A stretch of DNA of 63,983 nucleotides, the filler included, from an uncultured bacterium (GTDB lineage Bacteria > Hinthialibacterota > Hinthialibacteria > Hinthialibacterales > Hinthialibacteraceae), in NCBI GenBank assembly GCA_964449065.1. It is 4 parts of 4 records of this genome, joined end to end, with 100 filler letters (N's around TTAATTAATTAA, not from the genome) between each part and the next. Parts side by side here need not be neighbours in the genome. Positions count along the whole stretch, not along the records: positions 18,456 to 36,716 come from CAYVAZ010000066.1; 3 more parts are not named here. One strand, written 5' to 3'. Each line of letters opens with the position of its first letter. Position 1 is the first letter of the stretch. The notes below the pieces were generated by a model that ran no database searches, was not told the origin of the DNA, and was given only the letters and a program-made list of their open reading frames with translations. A program made the translations under genes and the position numbers. Below, in pieces: positions 19,543 to 27,231 of this stretch.

Positions 19543-22038
19543 CTAATACAACATAAAGTGCTCTACGGAAACCGGTGGTTCAGGAACATCTTCTCCCAAT
19601 GCAAACGCAATCATGCGGTTGAGTAAATCGATGCCCGCTGGAGTAAGGTTTACATCTCCAAGTCCCCAACCAAAGCGTAGTCCAGGTACATTGTTGCCAT
19701 TAACCGTAGTTCCGGCATCAATGACCCAAAATACGGCGGCTTCCGGGTTCTCCGGCAATGTGGCTAGAACCGTTACCCCTTCCGGTGGATTCGCCAAAAA
19801 TGCAACCCCTTCCGGATTTACATGAACTTGTAATTCACCCAAGTCTAATCCTTCGGTTACCGGATGTGTATTGTTCACAATTTCCAAGTTGGTTACATCC
19901 CCTTGTGTGGGAGGGTCGCCGCTTGGTGCAAACGCGAATTCATCGAACAAAAAGCTTTCATATGTAATGAAAGGACGGGGGTCGTTGACATGAATATTCA
20001 GGCCGCCGATGTTGCCGGAACCAACCGAACCGCTCACAATGCCGAATACAGAACCATCCAAATTGGTTGGTAAACTGCCGTCATCGTCAAACTGCTCAAT
20101 GGTCAGACCGAATTGGCTGTGTAGATGAGAAGCGAATACCCGGTCTTGCAAACTAATTTCAGAATCTTCAATAAAGTGAAATACCGTTTCACCTGTTTCC
20201 GCAACCGGATTTCCAGCAATCACGATTGAATCATCTCCACCAATATTTTGTGGAGTTTGATTGGCAATCGTTAATTCTCCATTAAAACTACCGGTTTTAA
20301 ATACCGGAGAATCAATGGCTGGCGCTTCTAAATCATACGTGAGCGACAATCCCTGTCCAGTTAATCCGGTGATGTCCCACGTAATGCTTCCATCAGCATT
20401 TTGGGTTGCATCCCCTGCCGATGCATTGAGGTTTGACAGGGTAAACTCATTAGGAATAAACTCTTGAACGATAACCTCCCCATCAACTGTATTTCTAAGG
20501 ACGACCTGCAATTCTGCCGAAAGCGTATTTTCTCCATTTTCCAAAAAGTCATCCGATAAGCTGCGGGAGGCAATAAATTGCGCTTCCGGATCAAAACTAT
20601 CCAAATCGATATCGGGATTGGTTGTAACCGCAATCCAGTCAATGCTAGAACTGTCTTCTCGTCCGGCAAGATAAATAAAATGTTCACCGGCAGTCAGTTC
20701 AAACGGACGCGGATCGTTGCTGGGGTCTTCTTGTTCCACCCAATCCAGTTCCCATTCTTTCGCGTTTTCAATATTCCAACGGCTGAAGTCTGTACCATCC
20801 GGCGGTATATCAATATCAAAATGCCAAGAGTCACTATTCCCGTCTTCTCCTCGGACATTCCCGAATAAATAATAGGTACCGTCTTCGGGTATCATTAAAG
20901 GAAACTCAATTAAATCGGTTGCTCCGGCAGCCACGTTTATGATAAAAATTCCACTTTCGTTTCTGGGATCAAGTCCCAAACCAAACGCGCCTTCACCGGC
21001 TACATTTTCACCATCTTCAACTTGAATAACGGTTGGAAAAAATGGGTCGGCTTCAAACGGTTGTGCGGGGGGTCCGGTAAATGTTGGGTCGGTGGGGAGG
21101 ACGGAAACTCCGCCGATATAACTTTCATCGTGGATTCCATCGTTAAAGGTTCCTTGCCATGCCACCGAGGAACGGTTCGGCAGAGTTACATCATACGTAA
21201 GAGTCGCTTCACCTGACAATCCCGCCAAATTCCAATCGATGGTTCCATCGCCATTGTCGGTAACATCCCCTGCGGAGGCCTGAACATTGCTTACTGTCGA
21301 ACCGCGTGGAACCACCTCTTGCACGCTTGCATCAACCGTTTCACCATTGCGGACCGTTGCCGTGACCGTGACTTGGTTGAACGAAGCGCCCGGTGAAAAA
21401 TCGGTGCTTGGAAGTGTTCTCATCACATTCAATGGAAACTCTTCGATCGAAACATCGGTAAATTCAAAGATACCGAAATCGCCATCTCCACTGGCTGCCA
21501 GTCCGGCGAACACCGTATCATCCAACGGGACAACTTCTTCATTCAACAGTTCCAGGGTTCCACTGCCATCAATTCGGTACAGGCGAAGCGAGTTGCCCAA
21601 CCGCTCAATGCGAATGGAAACCGATTCCGCATCGTCCGGATCGCCGTCAAGAATGGTCCCGCCGCCTTGCAAAAAGCGGATATGCGGCCAAACGTTGAAA
21701 TCATCTGTCATCAGCAACGAGCCATGCGGAGCGTCTGCGTCTAACGACTGACGAACCATCAAGCCGCCGCGGCCGACTCCACCCACATCAAACGGGGCCG
21801 TTTCAATCGCAAAGCTGCCGGAGAGTTCGCTGTAGACGAAATGAAATTGATCGGTAAGGGAATTGTTCCCTACCCCGGATCCAACGGCATCCACGGTGTA
21901 ATTTCCATCGGAAAAGTCAGCCAAACCGGGAATATCCGGTTCACCAATATCGGAATTTGCATCAAAAACACCGATTTGAGCCATTGAGACAGAAACAGAA
22001 AACACAACAAACAACAACAAAAAAATACTTCTCTTCAT
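19543..22038 (-). CDS. secreted acidic multidomain protein, array paralogue B
   Basis: likely start MKRSIF at 22038 (GGGAG RBS); ConA-like + Ig-like + CBM-like + second Ig-like + glutamine-amidotransferase-like domains; ends PPVSVEHFMLY. Confidence 0.9.
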   Translation of the reverse strand: MKRSIFLLLFVVFSVSVSMAQIGVFDANSDIGEPDIPGLADFSDGNYTVDAVGSGVGNNSLTDQFHFVYSELSGSFAIETAPFDVGGVGRGGLMVRQSLDADAPHGSLLMTDDFNVWPHIRFLQGGGTILDGDPDDAESVSIRIERLGNSLRLYRIDGSGTLELLNEEVVPLDDTVFAGLAASGDGDFGIFEFTDVSIEEFPLNVMRTLPSTDFSPGASFNQVTVTATVRNGETVDASVQEVVPRGSTVSNVQASAGDVTDNGDGTIDWNLAGLSGEATLTYDVTLPNRSSVAWQGTFNDGIHDESYIGGVSVLPTDPTFTGPPAQPFEADPFFPTVIQVEDGENVAGEGAFGLGLDPRNESGIFIINVAAGATDLIEFPLMIPEDGTYYLFGNVRGEDGNSDSWHFDIDIPPDGTDFSRWNIENAKEWELDWVEQEDPSNDPRPFELTAGEHFIYLAGREDSSSIDWIAVTTNPDIDLDSFDPEAQFIASRSLSDDFLENGENTLSAELQVVLRNTVDGEVIVQEFIPNEFTLSNLNASAGDATQNADGSITWDITGLTGQGLSLTYDLEAPAIDSPVFKTGSFNGELTIANQTPQNIGGDDSIVIAGNPVAETGETVFHFIEDSEISLQDRVFASHLHSQFGLTIEQFDDDGSLPTNLDGSVFGIVSGSVGSGNIGGLNIHVNDPRPFITYESFLFDEFAFAPSGDPPTQGDVTNLEIVNNTHPVTEGLDLGELQVHVNPEGVAFLANPPEGVTVLATLPENPEAAVFWVIDAGTTVNGNNVPGLRFGWGLGDVNLTPAGIDLLNRMIAFALGEDVPEPPVSVEHFMLY

Positions 22039-22080
22039 AACTTTTCTCCCTAAACAAAATCGTAATCTATTCTTAACGTA

Positions 22081-22108
22081 ATTATAACATAACTTCACGC
22101 TACGTCAA
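22081..22108 (-). promoter_or_regulatory. sigma-70 promoter of paralogue B (extended -10)
   Basis: minus strand TTGACG-16 nt ending ATGT-TATAAT. Confidence 0.65.
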
Positions 22109-22140
22109 AAAAAACGCCCCGTCTATGGACGAGGCGTTTT
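22107..22140 (-). terminator. rho-independent terminator of paralogue C
   Basis: AAAACGCCCCGTC/GACGAGGCGTTTT stem, long U-tract on the minus strand. Confidence 0.85.
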
Positions 22141-22164
22141 AGTACATATTTAGCGCTTATCATT

Positions 22165-24360
22165 TTAATATAAAGACCACTCATCCACGGTAACAGGGCC
22201 ATCTCCTGTAATCAGTTCGACATCCGTGAAGGTACCAATCGAAAGCGTCCCCACGTCGTGAGCAGTCACCGCGAGTCCTGCAAAGACAGGGTCATCCATT
22301 TCTACGTCTTCCAGAACCAAGGCCTCTACCCGCTCACCGTTCGAATCAACATAGGCATAGGTGATTGTGGTTCCACTGCGGGAAACTTCAACCCGGTTTG
22401 TTAATCCACCGCTAACCAATGTTTCATCGCCACCCCATGCGGCGTTTTCCCCAAAGAATAAGCGCCATTGCGGACCAAAGTCTCTACCTTGTGTGCGAAT
22501 CATGGAGAACCCGAATGCGGATTCCGGTTCCAACTCATTGCGGATCATCGGTCCGGCTTTCGCCCAGGTTGCGTTGCCGCTGAATTGGTCAAGATTTACT
22601 GTTGCCCGCAATGTGACATCACCTGTCACTTCCGAATAAAGGAAATGGAAGTTATCCGCGGTATTCCAAATATCGTTGCCGCTGCCAATCACCGTATAGG
22701 TTCCTGTATCGGGGTCAAAACCAGCAGCACCCGACTCGCCTAAATTGTCACCGCCTGCTTCAGCAATATCCATATTGGCTTGGAATATGCCTGTTCCGGT
22801 GAGACCTTCACGCGGGTCAATGATTTCGCCTGTGAATGGATCAAACGCTGCCGGATCAATGGAGGGATCATTAGTCACTGCAAGCCAATCAATTGATGTG
22901 CTGTCTTCACGGGGGGCAATAAAGAGTGAGTTTTCTCCCTCGGTTAGTCCAAAGAAAGGACGGGGATCAAAATCGGCCGGTTCCCGGCTTTTTACCCAAT
23001 CAAAATGCAGGCTTCTTCCGCCTCCCGAATCCCAAATGGTTAGCGGATCATTGATGGGTTCAAACTCTACATCCACAAAGAACGAGTCACTGTTGCCATC
23101 TTCACCGCGCACATGGCCGAAAATAAATAGATCTCCATAGCCGGCGGGAATATTAATGGGAAATTCCAACCAACCGGCAATCGCGCCGCTTACACCAACC
23201 ATGGTAATACCGCCGTCCGCATCCGGGTCATAGAACAGCCCCCAGTCACCATTTTCTACCGGGTCCCGGACCGGAACGCCATCTTCCACTTGAATGACGA
23301 CCGGATTATCTGGATTCAGTTCAATTGTATCCGCTTCGGCCGCCAAGGCCGGCACTTTGGGAAGCAGCATGTCGCCGCCAATGAAACTTTCGGGATTGAT
23401 ACCATCCGAGAACGTTCCGGTAAATGAAGCCGAACCGCTGGTTCCTAATGTGATGTCATACGTAACGGTCGCTTCGCCGGAATGGCCGTTCAACGTCCAC
23501 GTAAATCCGTTGTCTGACACATTGCTTAGCGTTCCGCCAGAGGCTTGAACATTTGAAATGACGGCATCGGGAGGACCGACTTCTTCGACTACTGCATCTA
23601 CGGTCTCACCATCCCGTGCCTTCGCGGTTAAAGTTACCCCGGTTAATGAAGCGCCGGGTTCGTGGTCTTCAGTCGGCAATGCTCTACCAACCCAGAGTGG
23701 AAATTCCGTCACGGCGACATCATTAAATTCAAATTCTCCAAGTAGTTCGGCCCCGTTTGCCGTGGCTGCCAAACCGGCCAAAACCGTCTCAGACATCGGG
23801 ACAGCTTCGCTTTGGATCAACACCCATTCATCGGAGGTGCTGAAGGTATAAAAGTGGAGGCTGTTGCCGATCCGCTCGATTTTGATCAGACTGATATTGT
23901 TATCCGAAATGCCTCCCGGTTCCTGATCGCCGTCTACGATGGTTCCCCCGCCTTTAATGGTGCGAAGATGCGGGAAAACGGAGCCTTCCGCGGCATTGGT
24001 ATTGCCACCAGGTATCGAAGCGCCAATGCGGAGCCATGATCCATGAACGGAATCTTGATCCAGTGACTGGCGAATCATGATGCCGCCTTCGCCATCCGGC
24101 AACAATGGAAACGGATCGCATTCAATCGCGAAACTGCCGGACATTTCGCTGTAGACGAAATTAAACTCATCCGCGAAGCTGCGGCGGCCGATGGTGGTGC
24201 CCAACGCGTCCATCGTATATGTGCCGTTATCAAACGACGCTTGCCCCGGGCCGAGTATCAAATCGCCGACATCTGCCCGTTCTTCAAAAATACCGATCTG
24301 AGAAAAACTTGCTGAAACAAACAGTGATACAACTGTGAGTGCAAAGAGCGCTCTTTTCAT
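22165..24360 (-). CDS. secreted acidic multidomain protein, array paralogue C
   Basis: signal peptide; shared 3-domain core plus a second ConA-like domain (GSGNDIWNTADNFHFLY..WAKAGPMIR); ends GPVTVDEWSLY. Confidence 0.9.
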   Translation of the reverse strand: MKRALFALTVVSLFVSASFSQIGIFEERADVGDLILGPGQASFDNGTYTMDALGTTIGRRSFADEFNFVYSEMSGSFAIECDPFPLLPDGEGGIMIRQSLDQDSVHGSWLRIGASIPGGNTNAAEGSVFPHLRTIKGGGTIVDGDQEPGGISDNNISLIKIERIGNSLHFYTFSTSDEWVLIQSEAVPMSETVLAGLAATANGAELLGEFEFNDVAVTEFPLWVGRALPTEDHEPGASLTGVTLTAKARDGETVDAVVEEVGPPDAVISNVQASGGTLSNVSDNGFTWTLNGHSGEATVTYDITLGTSGSASFTGTFSDGINPESFIGGDMLLPKVPALAAEADTIELNPDNPVVIQVEDGVPVRDPVENGDWGLFYDPDADGGITMVGVSGAIAGWLEFPINIPAGYGDLFIFGHVRGEDGNSDSFFVDVEFEPINDPLTIWDSGGGRSLHFDWVKSREPADFDPRPFFGLTEGENSLFIAPREDSTSIDWLAVTNDPSIDPAAFDPFTGEIIDPREGLTGTGIFQANMDIAEAGGDNLGESGAAGFDPDTGTYTVIGSGNDIWNTADNFHFLYSEVTGDVTLRATVNLDQFSGNATWAKAGPMIRNELEPESAFGFSMIRTQGRDFGPQWRLFFGENAAWGGDETLVSGGLTNRVEVSRSGTTITYAYVDSNGERVEALVLEDVEMDDPVFAGLAVTAHDVGTLSIGTFTDVELITGDGPVTVDEWSLY

Positions 24361-24475
24361 AGTACTTCCTCCACATTAGATAATATTAAACCGCTATAGC
24401 GATACACCTTTTTAGCATATCTCTTACAGGATTGCAACGGGGATTTAAAAAAATGTCCGAAACGGTAAATTCAGC

Positions 24476-24511
24476 AAAAAAAAAACGCCCCGGCTTTTGA
24501 CGGGGCGTTTT
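24476..24511 (-). terminator. rho-independent terminator of paralogue D
   Basis: AAAACGCCCCG/CGGGGCGTTTT stem with 10-U tract on the minus strand. Confidence 0.85.
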
Positions 24512-24569
24512 GATCAATCCAACAAGTCGATATTGCCGGTGCTCCCCGGCTATTCAACTCTGATATGCT

Positions 24570-24679
24570 CTAGTACTTTTCTAACGATTGGTTGAAGGGT
24601 GTCGATCCCCCCTACCCCCCTTATCAAGGGGGGCAACAACGGATAACCAGCCGTCATTTTTTGATGGACAATCTACTAA
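24570..24679. mobile_element. MITE-like element, third copy of the CTAGTA-bounded family
   Basis: CTAGTAC...TCGATCCCCCCTACCCCCCTTATCAAGGGGGGCAACAACGGATAACCAGCCGTCATTTTTTGATGGACAATCTACTAA matches 14597-14705. Confidence 0.75.
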
Positions 24680-26268
24680 TGCAACATGTATTCAGTGACA
24701 GAAGCGCCCGGGTCTGCTGGAGTCACTTCTGAGAATGTGGCTAAATCAACCGCGTCCGGGTTATTCGTTACTGCAATCCAATCGATCATGGAAGCTCCTT
24801 CACGAGGGCTGAACATGATGAAATTTTCTCCAGGTAAAAAATCAAAAAACGGGCGCGGATCAAACTCAGCTGGATTTCGGCTGCTCACCCAGTCCAAATG
24901 CCAGAGGATACCACTGGGAATTCCATTGCCAAAATCCCAAATCTGCTCATCGTTGTTTTCCGGGGGGAACTCAACACTGACGAAGAATGAATCCGCATTG
25001 CCGTCCGGGCCAAAAACATTTCCGAACATAAATAAGTCACCGTAGTTTTCAGGAATGATGACAGGAATTTCCAAGAATTGAGAAATTCCGCCGGTTATGT
25101 GTATCAATCCTATTCCACTGGCAAGAGACGGATCGGCAATAAATCCCCAGTTCCGTTCATCCGGAAAAAACGGGCGCGCATCTTCAATTTGGATGAGTAC
25201 CACTTCACCGTCAATCAACTGAACCGGTTCTTGATCGGTTTGAAATTCAGGATTTTTCGGCAACACTGCATCCCCGCCGATAAAACTTTCTTCGTTAATT
25301 CCATCGGCAAACACACCTTGCAAGCCAAAGCCGGAACGGGGTCCGTTGGTTAAGTCATAGGTTAAGGTGGCTTCGCCGCTGTGGCCGTTCAGTGTCCAAA
25401 CGATTTCATTGCCATTCAACGCGACTGTACCCGCGGATGCATTTGCATTCGACAAGAGGATGTCAGCAGGGGCACGTTCCGTAATCACGGTATCGACGGA
25501 TTGTCCATCGCGTGCTTTTGCTGTCAATGTAATTCCTGAAATTACCTGGCCTGGATCCACATCATCCGCTGGAATGGACCGTTCAACCCACAATGGAAAT
25601 TCTGTGATTTCAACTTCCGAAAATTCGTATTCACCAAATCCTTCCACGGCTCTGGCTGTAACTGCCAATCCTACTAGAACCGTTTCCGGCATTTGAACTT
25701 CTTCTTCATATTGCAACACCCATTCATCGGACGCATTGCGTGAATACATACGGTAGGTATTTCCAACACGATCCACACGAACCGGACCGACGTTTTCATC
25801 CGTAAAACCACCGGCAGGATCATCATCATCTCCATCTACCATAGACCCGCCGTCTTTCAACCAACGAATGTGAGGGAAATTCGAGCCAACCGTAGCGCCG
25901 GTATTCCCGCCTGCACTTTCGTCCGCAAGACGTGTCCAAGCGACCATGACAGAATTCGCGTCTAAATCTTCCCGAATCATAAAGCCGCCGTGTCCGGTAG
26001 GGCTGAGGGGAAAAATATCACCCTGAATGGAAAAACTGCCGGACATTTCATTGTAAACAAAATAAAACTCATCAAAAAACTGATCTCTGCCGATTTGAGA
26101 ACCGGAACCGCCTACGGTGTATGTCCCGTTCTCAAATGAGGCTTCTCCCGGAATAAATAAAGGCAATTCCGGACCGACATCTTGCTCATTGTTGAAAACA
26201 CCGACCTGAGCCATTGCAGCACTCGCAAAAGCAGACACACCAATGCACATAAAAAGCACTTTCTTCAT
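24676..26268 (-). CDS. secreted acidic multidomain protein, array paralogue D (core only)
   Basis: signal peptide; ConA-like + Ig-like + CBM-like core; ends PGASVTEYMLH; GGAGGAAGT RBS. Confidence 0.9.
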   Translation of the reverse strand: MKKVLFMCIGVSAFASAAMAQVGVFNNEQDVGPELPLFIPGEASFENGTYTVGGSGSQIGRDQFFDEFYFVYNEMSGSFSIQGDIFPLSPTGHGGFMIREDLDANSVMVAWTRLADESAGGNTGATVGSNFPHIRWLKDGGSMVDGDDDDPAGGFTDENVGPVRVDRVGNTYRMYSRNASDEWVLQYEEEVQMPETVLVGLAVTARAVEGFGEYEFSEVEITEFPLWVERSIPADDVDPGQVISGITLTAKARDGQSVDTVITERAPADILLSNANASAGTVALNGNEIVWTLNGHSGEATLTYDLTNGPRSGFGLQGVFADGINEESFIGGDAVLPKNPEFQTDQEPVQLIDGEVVLIQIEDARPFFPDERNWGFIADPSLASGIGLIHITGGISQFLEIPVIIPENYGDLFMFGNVFGPDGNADSFFVSVEFPPENNDEQIWDFGNGIPSGILWHLDWVSSRNPAEFDPRPFFDFLPGENFIMFSPREGASMIDWIAVTNNPDAVDLATFSEVTPADPGASVTEYMLH

Positions 26269-26312
26269 TAAACTTCCTCCAAAATAAAATTAGATGGTTA
26301 TTGCGATATATT

Positions 26313-26341
26313 TTTATAACATTTTTTTAACAGTATTTCAA
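26313..26341 (-). promoter_or_regulatory. putative extended -10 sigma-70 promoter of paralogue D
   Basis: minus strand TTGAAA-17 nt ending ATGT-TATAAA. Confidence 0.45.
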
Positions 26342-26416
26342 TACAAATCTTATAAATTTTATAAAATTCATAAACATTATTTTCTCTTTATTATCGAATA
26401 GAATTGGTTTTCAAAT

Positions 26417-26444
26417 TTGACTTTATAATAATGTACTGTATAAT
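26417..26444 (+). promoter_or_regulatory. putative sigma-70 promoter of the ABC-lipocalin operon
   Basis: TTGACT-16 nt-TATAAT in an AT-rich divergent intergenic region. Confidence 0.55.
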
Positions 26445-26550
26445 GAACGATATAACATTCATATTTAGGTTGCTCTTCTTTGATTATACGAAAGCGATAT
26501 ATAGTCTAAGTTTAGTATTATAAAAAGATTATGAAAGATAATACGCAAAA

Positions 26551-27231
26551 ATGAATAGCCCAATAGTTCTATTAAAAAATGTTATAAAGCATTATATTCG
26601 TGGTGAAGAGACCGTTTGCGCGGTGGAAGATATTTCGTTTCAGATGGAAAAAGCCGAGATGGTGGCTTTAACCGGTCCATCCGGTTGTGGAAAATCCACC
26701 TGTCTAAACCTCATCGCCGGAGTAGATGTTCCCGATCAGGGTGAGATTTATATCAAGGGCAAAGACATTACCAAAGCAACATCGAAAGAGTTAACCGATC
26801 ACCGCCGCTTTTCCGTCGGTATCGTCTTTCAATCGTTTCATCTGTTGCCACATCTTACGCTGGAAGAGAATGTATCCATTCCACTTTCGTTGGCGGGAAA
26901 GCGGGATCCCGACCGGGTGGAGTATTTGATCGACCGTGTCGGTTTAAGCCACCGCAAAAGCCACTATCCCACCGAACTCTCAGGCGGTGAGCAGCAGCGC
27001 ACTGCCATTGCCCGCGCCCTGGTGCAAAATCCGGCTGTGGTTATTGGTGATGAACCGACCGGAAATTTGGATCAACACACCGGCGAACAAATTCTTCATC
27101 TCTTGGATGAACTGCGTAAAGAAGAAGAGACCACCATGCTGTTGGCCACTCACGATCTTAACCTTGCACAAAAAGCCGACCGGATTATTCAAATGCGCGA
27201 CGGCAAGATCGAGAACGGGGCGGGCGCATGA
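26551..27231 (+). CDS. ABC transporter ATP-binding protein (LolD/MacB-like)
   Basis: [29 protein letters not shown]. Confidence 0.95.
   Translation: MNSPIVLLKNVIKHYIRGEETVCAVEDISFQMEKAEMVALTGPSGCGKSTCLNLIAGVDVPDQGEIYIKGKDITKATSKELTDHRRFSVGIVFQSFHLLPHLTLEENVSIPLSLAGKRDPDRVEYLIDRVGLSHRKSHYPTELSGGEQQRTAIARALVQNPAVVIGDEPTGNLDQHTGEQILHLLDELRKEEETTMLLATHDLNLAQKADRIIQMRDGKIENGAGA

Noticed and set aside
18456..26268. Paralogue array as a diversity-generating retroelement or phase-variable cassette system
   Set aside because: No reverse transcriptase or recombinase, no near-identical TR/VR pair with adenine-specific differences; the copies are broadly diverged and each has its own expression signals.
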